This document shows, piece after piece, positions 48,619 through 58,525 of a DNA stretch of 64,000 nt. Position 1 is the first letter of the stretch, and each line of letters begins with the position of its first letter. The translations under genes and the position numbers were made by a program. The stretch is taken from positions 1,024,001 to 1,088,000 of the forward strand of contig OY762463.1 of NCBI GenBank assembly GCA_963665815.1, read 5' to 3'. Origin of the DNA: Candidatus Cloacimonadales bacterium (GTDB lineage: Bacteria; Cloacimonadota; Cloacimonadia; Cloacimonadales; JAIOQZ01). A model generated the notes under the pieces. The model was not told where the DNA came from and searched no databases. It saw nothing but the letters and a program-made list of their open reading frames with translations.

Positions 48619-49239
48619 CTAATATATAAACTTAACTGGGATTTCTTCGTCATTGGCTTTTCTGGATTTTGTAACTGCAGGCTTACCTACAGCGACCATA
48701 GCTGCCACAAAATATTCACTACCAGCTTCACCAAGTAGTTCAGCAATCCTTTGAGATGCTATTACCGGACCAGACAACCAACATGCTCCAAGATTCATGT
48801 CCTGAGCACCAAGAAGAATATTCTGCACACATGCACCAAGACTCTGGATTTCCGGATGATATCTTAGCTTCAGAATGTCCTCTTTGTGTTCATTGGAAAG
48901 TACTTTATCAATTGGTGTATCATAATCTTTTGACAAAACAATTATCAGAGCAGGGGCATCCTTAAAGAATGTTGAATGCCACCTGATTCTATCTTTCAAC
49001 ACATTGCCTGATTCATCACTATCCTCAAATAGCTTTTCCAGGTCTTCTAAAACAATGCCTGCCATTTTCTGCAGTACATCCCTGTTCTTCACAACCAGGA
49101 ATTTCCACGGTTTACTATTGTTAGCACTCGGGGCCATATTACCCAACCCGATTAGCTCACTAAATATTTTATCATCAATATCTCTGTTTTTAAATTTTCT
49201 GCAACTGTAACGCTGTTCAATGGCTTCTCTGAGTTCCAT
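48619..49239 (-). CDS. Nitroreductase family protein
   Basis: RYSCRKF, APSANNSKPWKF, QNILLGA..LGACW. Confidence 0.92.
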   Translation of the reverse strand: MELREAIEQRYSCRKFKNRDIDDKIFSELIGLGNMAPSANNSKPWKFLVVKNRDVLQKMAGIVLEDLEKLFEDSDESGNVLKDRIRWHSTFFKDAPALIIVLSKDYDTPIDKVLSNEHKEDILKLRYHPEIQSLGACVQNILLGAQDMNLGACWLSGPVIASQRIAELLGEAGSEYFVAAMVAVGKPAVTKSRKANDEEIPVKFIY

Positions 49240-49428
49240 TTTTCCTCCGATTCATTTTTGTATTTAATACAATAATAATATCATTGCATTTTGAAGCAAA
49301 TTAATTATATTTTATTTTAAAATGAACTATAAAAGAAAGATTTGATAAGATTGTGATAACAATTGATAAGAAATTTCTTGACTGACAGTACATGAATAAC
49401 ATAATGAGAGACAATGATGGGAGGTACT

Positions 49429-52110
49429 ATGAGAAGATATTTATCTTTTCTTGTGGTATCAATATTTCTGTTTGTTTATAGTATGCTGACTGCTAATCCT
49501 GTATCTTTAAAGAAAGCGGAAAATACAGCAGCTAACTTCTTGAAATTCAAGAAAATTGATGCCTCAATAATGAAAAACGAAGTAATCGTAAATAAGGCGG
49601 AAAAGATTGCTTACGTTTTCCATACAGATCCTGAAGGATTTGTAATTGTATCAGCTGATGATCAGCTGACACCAATTTATGCTTTTTCTACCAACAGCAC
49701 ATTTTCACAATCAAACGACAATGCTATGCATTTTATTAACACCGACCTTACAGAAAGACTCAGAGTAAAAGAATTTTTCTCAGAAGAACTTAAAGAAAAG
49801 AACGCTGAAGACTGGAATAATCTGAATGAGCAGGTTCCACACTTAGACATCCCACAAGGCTGGAGTGTTTACCCACCTGAAGGACTGACCAGTACAGACG
49901 GATGGATTACATCCAGATGGGGACAGGGAGATCCATTAAACATGTATTGCCCTATAGATCCAGGATCAGGAAACAGATCTGTAGTCGGATGTGTTGCGAC
50001 ATCTTTTGCACAGCTTGTGAATTATCACAAATACTTTGTACTACCTAACTTTACTTCTTCGGACAATTATGTTTCACAATATACAAATCCGGCAATTGAT
50101 ATTGACAATGATGCACAAACCTATGATTTCCCTACATTCAGCCAATTGAATCAGCTTCTTGTGCCTATCCAGAATGCATATCTGACTCACTCAACACCGG
50201 ATACCGATGATAAAGCTGCCCTTAATGCCGCTTGTGGATTTCTGGTTGAAATGAGTTATTCAGAAGCCGGTTCAGGATCAAATACACATCAAATAGCTGA
50301 TGCGATAGTCAACAGACTGGGATATACTTCTGCATCAACTATGTCTACATGGCATACAGACCATGATGTTTTCTATGCCAATCTGATTAATGATATGCAG
50401 AATGCCCGTCCCGGTGTTTTGTCAATATTCAAATCTGTTGGGTATGATGGACATGCAATCAATGTTGACGGTTATAGAAGCGACCTTGATCATTATCACC
50501 TGAATTTTGGCTGGAATGGAAATTCTGATGGTTGGTATTCATTACCTGCCGGAATGCCGGAAAACTATGACAATGTCAGCAGTGCTGTATATAATGTTGA
50601 AGGTGGAGACCTTCCAATGTATCTTTCAGGAAGCGTTTCCGTACCTGAAGGCAGTCCTCGATATGTTGACCTGACTTTCGCCGGTCCTACAGTATTCGAT
50701 ATCACGATTGATAACGAGCAAGGAGATTTCCAACTTTACAATATCCCACCCGGAAACTATACAATTATCGGTACAAAAAGTAATCCTGACGGTTTTACAT
50801 ATACCGGAACTGTGTACATCAATGAAAACACTTCAACAATAGATATTCAGATGAGTTACAGTGGAATAATAAGAGGTAGTTTTTCAGGTCCTGCCGATAA
50901 TGCAGAAAAGATTATTGAAATTTTCGAAAACGATGAACTGATAAAAAGTGCTTATTCAAATTCTGACAGCTTTGAAATGTATGCCCCCCTTCCGGGTAAC
51001 TACACAATAAAAGCCAGATCCGGACGTAATTACTTCTATGAATCAGAACTGACTATTGTATCCGGAGAACAGGTTCAAAACCTGACTTTGGAACACAATC
51101 CCGGTAATATCAGTATAGGAAATCACTCTCGACCATCTTCTGGTTTATTTCAGGAAATAGCACTTGAAAGAATGAATTTTGCAGTTAAAGTTGAAAATGA
51201 ACTGCTGAGTGATAATGTGGATAATTATCTGATAGGAATTCGATTCAGAACACCTTTTGCCAGTGGTCAGGGAGAATTAAAACCTGCTATATGGAAAGGT
51301 TCTTCACTTGTATCTCAGACCGTATTGGAAAACTACAACAGTGATGAATGGGTAGAAGTTTATTTCGACAGTTTTGTTAAGATTGACACGGAAAATGACT
51401 TTTACTTTGGATATACTGTCGATGCTCCTGAAGGATTTAAAAAAGCATGGTTAGACTCCGGTTCTCATAGTAATGGTTTTTATCTTTCAAATCTATCTGC
51501 AAACTGGAATGAATACAACATGGAGAACAATCCGCATCTATGCATGCAGGGCTTAGTCAGTACAGCCAGTTATGGCACAATAACAGGGCATATCACAAAT
51601 AATATGTCATCTGAGCAAACCCCTATTGTGATCAAAGCCGGTAACAACTACCACTACGCTATGACAAACAGTGATTTCAGTATGGATGCCAATGATGGGT
51701 ATCTTGATATTTTTGCTTTTAATTCAATGTATATCTCTACTGAACAACAAATACTAGTTGAAAACGCTACTACAACGAATCCTGTAAACATTGTTCTGCA
51801 AGTGTCCGGCTCCGAAGAAGATGTTCAAAGAGCTAATCCTCTTACAGCATCTAATACTCCAAACCCTTTCAACCCTGAAACAATAATAAACTTCAGTCTT
51901 CCTGAAAAGGGCAATATTGAAGTTGCCGTTTATAATGTTAAAGGTCAAAAAATTGCAACTCTTGCTAATGAACACTACAATGCCGGGGAACACAACTTGA
52001 CATGGCATGGAAAGGACAGTACCGGAAAGGCTGTTGGAAGCGGGATATATTTCTATCGTATTCAAACAGCGAAAGATGCTTTCATCGGAAAAATGGTACT
52101 CATAAAATAA
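49429..52110 (+). CDS. Secreted C10 (streptopain-like) cysteine peptidase with propeptide and FlgD/T9SS-like C-terminal domain
   Basis: GFVIVSADD propeptide, WGQG.P.N, VGCVAT (Cys), GHAINVDGY (His), HLNFGW and C-terminal NPFNPET...SGIYFYRI. Confidence 0.92.
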   Translation: MRRYLSFLVVSIFLFVYSMLTANPVSLKKAENTAANFLKFKKIDASIMKNEVIVNKAEKIAYVFHTDPEGFVIVSADDQLTPIYAFSTNSTFSQSNDNAMHFINTDLTERLRVKEFFSEELKEKNAEDWNNLNEQVPHLDIPQGWSVYPPEGLTSTDGWITSRWGQGDPLNMYCPIDPGSGNRSVVGCVATSFAQLVNYHKYFVLPNFTSSDNYVSQYTNPAIDIDNDAQTYDFPTFSQLNQLLVPIQNAYLTHSTPDTDDKAALNAACGFLVEMSYSEAGSGSNTHQIADAIVNRLGYTSASTMSTWHTDHDVFYANLINDMQNARPGVLSIFKSVGYDGHAINVDGYRSDLDHYHLNFGWNGNSDGWYSLPAGMPENYDNVSSAVYNVEGGDLPMYLSGSVSVPEGSPRYVDLTFAGPTVFDITIDNEQGDFQLYNIPPGNYTIIGTKSNPDGFTYTGTVYINENTSTIDIQMSYSGIIRGSFSGPADNAEKIIEIFENDELIKSAYSNSDSFEMYAPLPGNYTIKARSGRNYFYESELTIVSGEQVQNLTLEHNPGNISIGNHSRPSSGLFQEIALERMNFAVKVENELLSDNVDNYLIGIRFRTPFASGQGELKPAIWKGSSLVSQTVLENYNSDEWVEVYFDSFVKIDTENDFYFGYTVDAPEGFKKAWLDSGSHSNGFYLSNLSANWNEYNMENNPHLCMQGLVSTASYGTITGHITNNMSSEQTPIVIKAGNNYHYAMTNSDFSMDANDGYLDIFAFNSMYISTEQQILVENATTTNPVNIVLQVSGSEEDVQRANPLTASNTPNPFNPETIINFSLPEKGNIEVAVYNVKGQKIATLANEHYNAGEHNLTWHGKDSTGKAVGSGIYFYRIQTAKDAFIGKMVLIK

Positions 52111-52126
52111 TGAAACCGGAGATTGT

Positions 52127-52573
52127 ATGAATCTGAAATCTATAACTATTTTTACTGCTCTGATTTTGCTTGCACAATTCGCAATTGCAATATCATTCAG
52201 TGAATTCAGAGATTTGTCTGCGAAAGTAGTGACTCCTGATTTCAGAATAGATGCAAAGCAAAGTGTTGAAACTTCAGATTCTTTTAGAATTGTATACCAA
52301 TCAGCACTTGATCCTATGATTTCAGTAACAATCTCATTTTATCCTGATAAAAGCACTTTCAGGGAAGAAGATCTTATTGCCAACTCTCAGAAATTCAAAT
52401 GGAATAACATGAATTGCCTGTATTCTAATGAACCTGAAGTTATGTCATGCCTGTCAATTAAGCTTAGTGACAGCAGAGGTCTTATCTGTTACAAGATAAC
52501 AGATTTCCAAGGCTCAATGACTAAAGATGATCTTATTCATGGAATTGAAGCTATGGACTTCACAAAGTTCTAA
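52127..52573 (+). CDS. Hypothetical exported protein
   Basis: GGAG RBS, signal peptide, followed by a terminator. Confidence 0.65.
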   Translation: MNLKSITIFTALILLAQFAIAISFSEFRDLSAKVVTPDFRIDAKQSVETSDSFRIVYQSALDPMISVTISFYPDKSTFREEDLIANSQKFKWNNMNCLYSNEPEVMSCLSIKLSDSRGLICYKITDFQGSMTKDDLIHGIEAMDFTKF

Positions 52574-52599
52574 TTAACAACAAATAATATTAAACATAC

Positions 52600-52624
52600 A
52601 AGGTCGGGTTTTCCGACCTTTTTC
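52600..52624 (+). terminator. Intrinsic terminator
   Basis: AAGGTCGG-loop-CCGACCTT followed by TTT. Confidence 0.75.
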
Positions 52625-52780
52625 TATTCATTATAAGCATTGTATAAAAACCAGAATTAAGATGCATTGTATTGTTTTTTTTAAGGTTTAAATCCGATAA
52701 ATTCTAAAATTGGATCACTTAATCCAATTATGCGAAATACTCTAATTTTTGCAGGATAGATTAAAAAAAACAAAAACAAA

Positions 52781-52803
52781 TTGACATTATTAGATAAGTC
52801 TAA
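52781..52803 (+). promoter_or_regulatory. -35 TTGACA followed by DtxR/MntR-type palindrome TTAGATAAGTCTAA
   Basis: TTAG-N6-CTAA at 52790..52803 in the promoter spacer of the DtxR-family gene. Confidence 0.7.
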
Positions 52804-52838
52804 CTTTTTAGAATCAAATTAACTCAAAGGAGTATAGG

Positions 52839-53576
52839 ATGGATGTTGTATTATCCAGCAGTCTTGAAGATTATCTCGAAAAGATCTGGCAAATCCTCAC
52901 ACAAAAAGGTGTAGTTCATGCAATTGATATTGCTGAATCTTTAAAAGTAAAAAAACCATCCGTTACTTCTGCTTTGAGAAAACTCTCTTCAAAGGGCTTA
53001 ATAAACTATCAGCCTTATAAACCTGTAACATTAACCGAATCAGGGGAAAAAGCTGCAAGAAGAATCCTTGAGAAACATATAGCTATTAAGAATTTCTTTC
53101 TTAATGTCCTTGATATAAAGACAGATGTAGCAGATGAACTCGCCTGCTCCATGGAACACCTTGTAACAGATCGAATTATTTCAAAGATGATCGCTTTTGA
53201 AAAGTTTGTACATCGTTGCCCGAATTTTGATTATTCTTGGATTGATGGTGAAGGTTTCTTCTGTAATACACGAGAAGATAAATGTAAGAATTGTGATACT
53301 TATTGTAAGAATAACTATATAAATATAAAATCGGAGGAAAAGAAAATGAGTAAAACACTCAGTGAAATGAAACCTGGAGAAAACGGTGTTGTCAACTGTA
53401 TATCCAATTCAAGTCCTAATAGAAAGAAACTGACAGAAATGGGAATAATCAAAGGCAGACCTGTTGAAATAGTAAAAATAGCCCCACTTGGAGATCCAAT
53501 TGAAATCGATATTAAAGGTTATAAATTGTCATTACGTAAAGAGGAAGCCAATAACATACTTGTAACAATTGGTTAA
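52839..53576 (+). CDS. DtxR/MntR-family metal-dependent repressor fused to FeoA
   Basis: SLEDYLEKI, KPSVTSALRKL, ACSMEH, and C-terminal FeoA (KLTEMGI..G..V..APLGDPIEI..LSLRKEEA). Confidence 0.92.
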   Translation: MDVVLSSSLEDYLEKIWQILTQKGVVHAIDIAESLKVKKPSVTSALRKLSSKGLINYQPYKPVTLTESGEKAARRILEKHIAIKNFFLNVLDIKTDVADELACSMEHLVTDRIISKMIAFEKFVHRCPNFDYSWIDGEGFFCNTREDKCKNCDTYCKNNYINIKSEEKKMSKTLSEMKPGENGVVNCISNSSPNRKKLTEMGIIKGRPVEIVKIAPLGDPIEIDIKGYKLSLRKEEANNILVTIG

Positions 53577-53592
53577 ATTTTTTTGAACTTTA

Positions 53593-53645
53593 AGTTAGTT
53601 TTATCTAACTATTTTTTATCTTATAAAAGTTAGTTAAAACTAATT
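53593..53645 (+). promoter_or_regulatory. Two tandem DtxR/MntR-type operators upstream of feoB
   Basis: TTAGTTTTATCTAA (53595..53608) and TTAGTTAAAACTAA (53630..53643). Confidence 0.7.
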
Positions 53646-53658
53646 ATTGAGAGGAATA

Positions 53659-55779
53659 ATGAGTACATACAAAATTGCATTAGCAGGAAATCCCAATTGT
53701 GGGAAAACTACAATATTTAATTCGCTAACCGGTGCTAATCAAAAAACCGGCAATTACCCCGGAGTGACCGTAGAAAAGAAAGAGGGCTCCTATAATTTCA
53801 AACAAAGTAAGTATCAAGTCATTGATTTGCCGGGAATTTACAGCTTTTCAACAAACTCACCTGAAGAAGTTATTGCACGCGATGTAATATTAGAAGAAAA
53901 ACCGGATCTTGTCGTTAACATTATAGATACATCCAATCTCGAAAGAAATCTATACCTCACTGTCCAGTTAATGGAAATGGAAATCCCTTACCTGCTGGTA
54001 TTCAACATGTGGGATGAAGTTCAGAAAAGAGGTTGCAATATCGATCTAAAAAAAATATCTGAAGCTTTTGGGGCTGAAATTATCAGTTTCGTTGGACATA
54101 AAGGTATTGGAGTAGATCAACTTAAAGAAAAGATTTTTACAAATATGGGATTTAAAAGACGCAACCTTCTGCATTACTCTCACGAAACAGAATCTTTAAT
54201 TGCAGAAATAGAAAATGTTATCAAAGCTTCAACAAAAGCCTATGAAAATATCCCAGATAAATGGTTTGCAGTGAAACTTATAGAAAAAGATTCCAGAATA
54301 ACTACAATGATTAACAACTACGGCAATATTAAAGAAGAAGTAGATTTACGAATTGAACATTTCGAGAAGAAAACAGATGAAGGAAGCGACATATACATTG
54401 CAGAACAGAGATATGGTTTTATATCCGGAGTCTGTCAGAAGTATGTCAGGAACAATGTTGAATTACGCCACTCCGTATCAGACAAAATTGATGCTGTTCT
54501 AACAAACAAAGTCCTGGGACTCCCAATATTTATAGCCTTGATGTATCTTGTTTTCAAGCTGACATTTGTTGTCGGAGACCCGTTAATGGGCTGGATAGAA
54601 AGTAGCTTTGAGCTTCTGTCGGGATTTATTGAAGGGTTCTGGGCTGAAGGAAGTGAAAGTCTCTTAAAGTCGCTCATTCTGGATGGAGTTATCGGTGGAG
54701 TTGGAGGAGTAGTAGTCTTTCTGCCTAATATTATTCTATTGTTTCTGGCAATCGCAATACTTGAAGGTACGGGATATATGTCCAGGGCTGCATTTATTAT
54801 GGATAGAATAATGAAATCAATAGGTCTGCATGGAAACAGCTTTATCCCTATGCTAATTGGTTTTGGCTGTACTGTTCCGGCAATCATGGCTACAAGAACA
54901 CTCGAAAATAGAAAAGACAGATTTACAACATTACTTGTTGCTCCTCTGATGAGTTGTGGTGCCCGGCTCCCCATCTACGCCTTAATTATACCGGCATTCT
55001 TCCCTTCCGTTATGCAGGCAAAAGTTCTTGCAATTATCTATTTCAGTGGGATTGCTCTCGCAATATTGCTGGCGAAACTGCTGAGATCAACAATATTCAA
55101 AGGGGAAACCGAAACATTCATTATGGAGCTCCCCCCCTATCGAATCCCAACTCTCAGGTCCATTCTAATGCAAATGTGGAGCAGAGCTATGATATACCTC
55201 AAAAAAGCAGGTACTATCATTCTTGCAATATCAATTGTTATGTGGGTACTGGTTACATTCCCCAGAACAGATAAGTTTGCTGAATATTATGCAGAACAGG
55301 AAACACTCCTGAGAAAACAGAATCTTACCGAAAAAGTACTGAATGAAAAGTTAGAAGAACTTCAAATGAAACAGCAGTCAGATGAGCTTGCATATTCAAT
55401 TACCGGAAGAATAGGAAAAGCACTTGAACCTGCGCTGAAACCCCTTGGTTTTGACTGGAAAATTGGTGCTGCCATGATAGGTGCATTTGCCGCTAAGGAA
55501 GTCTTTGTCGCTCAACTGGGAATAGTTTACTCTGTCGGTGAAGCTGACGAAGAATCTCAAACATTACGTGATAAACTTAAAGAGAACTACACACCATTGA
55601 TTGCTCTTTCCATTATGTTGTTTGCATTGATTAGTGCGCCATGCATGGCTACAATAGCAGTGACAAAAAGAGAAACAAACTCGTGGGGCTGGGCTCTAGG
55701 TCAACTTGCCGGATTAACGCTGACTGCATATATTGTATCATTGCTTGTCTATCAAATTGGAAAACTGATGGGATTCTGA
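53659..55779 (+). CDS. feoB: Ferrous iron transporter FeoB
   Basis: G1 GNPNCGKT, NYPGVTVE, DLPG, NMWD and gate motifs GFGCTVPA, MSCGARLP, PCMAT. Confidence 0.97.
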   Translation: MSTYKIALAGNPNCGKTTIFNSLTGANQKTGNYPGVTVEKKEGSYNFKQSKYQVIDLPGIYSFSTNSPEEVIARDVILEEKPDLVVNIIDTSNLERNLYLTVQLMEMEIPYLLVFNMWDEVQKRGCNIDLKKISEAFGAEIISFVGHKGIGVDQLKEKIFTNMGFKRRNLLHYSHETESLIAEIENVIKASTKAYENIPDKWFAVKLIEKDSRITTMINNYGNIKEEVDLRIEHFEKKTDEGSDIYIAEQRYGFISGVCQKYVRNNVELRHSVSDKIDAVLTNKVLGLPIFIALMYLVFKLTFVVGDPLMGWIESSFELLSGFIEGFWAEGSESLLKSLILDGVIGGVGGVVVFLPNIILLFLAIAILEGTGYMSRAAFIMDRIMKSIGLHGNSFIPMLIGFGCTVPAIMATRTLENRKDRFTTLLVAPLMSCGARLPIYALIIPAFFPSVMQAKVLAIIYFSGIALAILLAKLLRSTIFKGETETFIMELPPYRIPTLRSILMQMWSRAMIYLKKAGTIILAISIVMWVLVTFPRTDKFAEYYAEQETLLRKQNLTEKVLNEKLEELQMKQQSDELAYSITGRIGKALEPALKPLGFDWKIGAAMIGAFAAKEVFVAQLGIVYSVGEADEESQTLRDKLKENYTPLIALSIMLFALISAPCMATIAVTKRETNSWGWALGQLAGLTLTAYIVSLLVYQIGKLMGF

Positions 55780-55791
55780 TAAGGAGATCTT

Positions 55792-55998
55792 ATGTTAGAA
55801 GGAATAATCATATTTTTAATTGTTATCGCTGCAGTATTCTTCCTTGCAAAAAGCATTAAAAAATCCAGGCGGGATGAATTCAAATGTTCATCATGTGTAA
55901 CCTCAAAAACGTGTTCTCATGAGAATTGCAGTTACTGTCCGAGTGCCAAAAAAAATTTATCATTAAAGTTAGATGAGACTAATTATAAGGAGATATAA
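55792..55998 (+). CDS. FeoB-associated Cys-rich membrane protein
   Basis: N-terminal TM then CSSC..C..CSYC. AAGGAG RBS. Confidence 0.8.
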   Translation: MLEGIIIFLIVIAAVFFLAKSIKKSRRDEFKCSSCVTSKTCSHENCSYCPSAKKNLSLKLDETNYKEI

Positions 55999-57008
55999 TG
56001 AAAAAGACATTACTAATTATTTTACTTGTACAGGCTATGTTTCTTACGGCAATTGAGAAACCCAAAATGCACTCAAGTATCATGCTTGATGCAAAATTCT
56101 ATTCCGGTTCTGATTCCAATTCAGGTCTATACGATACAACTAATCGTTACCAGATAAGGAAAGCAGCTCTGGAATTTGAAGGCAAAATCACCGAGTTCAT
56201 TGAGTATGGAGTAGAATTTGGTGTTTCAACATGTTCAGGAGGAGGAATAGACCTGAAACTAATGGAAGCTGCTCTCGATTATGATCTGAGTAATGGGCTG
56301 ACAATCGGACTGCGTCAAGGGCATGTTTTGCGGGGATTCGCCGGAGCAACTGAATGCAGCGATCGTCTTACCCTTGAAAAACCACAATTCTTTAAAACAT
56401 TTGCAACTTGTCATCCGACCGGTGTAGTTTTAGGGTACGACAGAGAGCTACCAATAGATTCAGCAATTGAGCTTGAAGCAGGTTTAATGAATGGACCTAA
56501 CGGAACTCTTGATGGAGAGCATGATTTTAACTTTGGCACAATTATAACCTCTCCTGTAGAAGGTTTGTCACTTTCCCTGAACTACAATCACACAGCTAAT
56601 AATTACTACAGAAATGATGGAAGTCAATTCAGTGATGACGGTTATAGAGCAATTGCAGGACTTGAATATGACTGTTATAATATTCAAGCTACTGGAGAAT
56701 ACTACTTTGGCAAAGGTTTTACATTCAATAACCAGGAAATGAAAGCTGCCTATTTACAGACAGGCTATTCATTTAAAACAGGAATGAAAAGACTTGGTTC
56801 TATCACTCCTTACATTCAGTATGAGTATTGGGACAAAGATTCTGACTCTGAAGAAAATAGTGAATACAGTTATTTAAGCGGTGGTCTTCTATTTTCCCTG
56901 GATTCTTACACAAAACTACGATTCGACTATTTTGCTGAAACCGATAAGCCTTCATCTGCCATTGAAACACCTGATTCATTCAATGTCAGATTACAATTGG
57001 TATTTTAG
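55998..57008 (+). CDS. Outer-membrane porin (OprO/OprP-like)
   Basis: YQIRKAALEFEG, LMEAALDY, C-terminal RLQLVF. Confidence 0.7.
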   Translation: MKKTLLIILLVQAMFLTAIEKPKMHSSIMLDAKFYSGSDSNSGLYDTTNRYQIRKAALEFEGKITEFIEYGVEFGVSTCSGGGIDLKLMEAALDYDLSNGLTIGLRQGHVLRGFAGATECSDRLTLEKPQFFKTFATCHPTGVVLGYDRELPIDSAIELEAGLMNGPNGTLDGEHDFNFGTIITSPVEGLSLSLNYNHTANNYYRNDGSQFSDDGYRAIAGLEYDCYNIQATGEYYFGKGFTFNNQEMKAAYLQTGYSFKTGMKRLGSITPYIQYEYWDKDSDSEENSEYSYLSGGLLFSLDSYTKLRFDYFAETDKPSSAIETPDSFNVRLQLVF

Positions 57009-57016
57009 GAGGAATA

Positions 57017-57889
57017 ATGAAATATATACTTGCTATAATTTTAATCAGTTCTTTTCTTTATGCTGAGACTCTTATACTATCCCCTACAGATGACATGTAT
57101 ACAGATGCTGACCATCCTGGGACACAGCCTGATTTAGCTCAGCTCTGGACTGCTGACTTCCAGGCGAGTGGGCACTTTGAAAGAATCATGATGAAGTTTG
57201 ACTTATCCCAGTTAACCGGATTAGACATCACATCAGCTACTCTTCACCTTACACGTTTGTACAGTTGTCCAAGCGGTGGTACTACTGCATCCAAATTCTA
57301 CCCGATTACAGAAAGCTGGAATGAAGCGACCTGGGATCATACACAACACATTCAATATGATGCACAAGCAGCCATGAATTACGTTTTCACAGGTCCGGGT
57401 GGAAATGTAAACCATAACTTTGAAGTAGATGTTCTGCAACTGGTAACGCTCTGGCAAACCTGTATGTTTGCAAATCATGGATTTGTAATTCAGGCTAACA
57501 GTAATCAAAAATTCAGTAAGTTCTATTCTAAGGATCATTCTAATGCCTCTTACAGACCTTCCCTTGAAATTGAATATACTGTAACAGAAAACGGTGAACA
57601 ATGCAACGATTATGCAGTTGCTGAACTTTCAAACTACCCAAATCCATTTAACCCTGAAACAAATATTTCTTTCAGTCTTCCCCGGAACTCAAATGTTGAA
57701 CTTGAAGTTTACAACATTATAGGCAAAAAAGTGAAGACTCTTGCATCAGAACATATGACGCAGGGGGAGCACATCATAAAGTGGAATGGAAAAGACAGTA
57801 ATGGTAATCCGGTCAGCAGCGGCATATACTTATGTAGACTTAAAGCATCCGGTATGGAAAAAGTACACAGGATCATTTTACTGAAATAG
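57017..57889 (+). CDS. Secreted DNRLRE-like domain protein with FlgD/T9SS-like C-terminal domain
   Basis: PTDDMY, MKFDLS..ITSATLHL, WNEATW, NHGFVI, RPSLEIEY, then NYPNPFNPET. Confidence 0.8.
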   Translation: MKYILAIILISSFLYAETLILSPTDDMYTDADHPGTQPDLAQLWTADFQASGHFERIMMKFDLSQLTGLDITSATLHLTRLYSCPSGGTTASKFYPITESWNEATWDHTQHIQYDAQAAMNYVFTGPGGNVNHNFEVDVLQLVTLWQTCMFANHGFVIQANSNQKFSKFYSKDHSNASYRPSLEIEYTVTENGEQCNDYAVAELSNYPNPFNPETNISFSLPRNSNVELEVYNIIGKKVKTLASEHMTQGEHIIKWNGKDSNGNPVSSGIYLCRLKASGMEKVHRIILLK

Positions 57890-57890
57890 G

Positions 57891-58376
57891 ATGTTTATGA
57901 AAAACACATTTACAATTGTCATTCTGCTGTTTCTATCAACTGGGTTGTTAAGTCTTTCTCCACAGGAAAAATATATTGAGCAACTGAAAAATTATAAGGA
58001 GTTAACATTTGTGAATGAAAAGGAAAATATCATTATACTGAGAAATACAGAGAAAGAAACATTTTTTTTGATATTCACTGCTGATTTTCACAAGGAAGCA
58101 GGATATAATGGTATCACTAATACAGCCTTGTTATTGAATGAAAGGTTAGAAATTATAGAAATGGAAATTGTGTCGAGTGATGACACGCCATCCTATATAA
58201 GGAAGTTGAGACGAAACAGATTCCTGAAGCAGTTTATGGGAAATCCTGATTTCAATTATATTGAAGCTGTTACAGGTGCAACTATCTCCAGTAAAGCAGT
58301 GATAAACAGTATCAGGATTTCCTTAATTAAAGTCGAAGACAAACTACAGGAATTTAGTGTAGACACAAACCCATAG
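57891..58376 (+). CDS. Exported FMN-binding domain protein
   Basis: GYNG, DTPSY, FLKQF, EAVTGATISSKAV flavinylation-type motif. Confidence 0.85.
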   Translation: MFMKNTFTIVILLFLSTGLLSLSPQEKYIEQLKNYKELTFVNEKENIIILRNTEKETFFLIFTADFHKEAGYNGITNTALLLNERLEIIEMEIVSSDDTPSYIRKLRRNRFLKQFMGNPDFNYIEAVTGATISSKAVINSIRISLIKVEDKLQEFSVDTNP

Positions 58377-58398
58377 AAATCCGTCCATCCAATGTAAG

Positions 58399-58426
58399 CA
58401 CCCGTAGGATGCTACGGGTGTTTTTT
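58399..58426 (+). terminator. Intrinsic terminator ending the feo operon
   Basis: CACCCGTAG-GATG-CTACGGGTG followed by TTTTTT. Confidence 0.85.
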
Positions 58427-58525
58427 GTGGAACTGCAGCACTGCTCTTATCCAGAATATTACTTTACAAAATGACTTTCATAAAATCTTATGATCTTAAA
58501 TTAATCTGGGAGTTAATATATTGCC

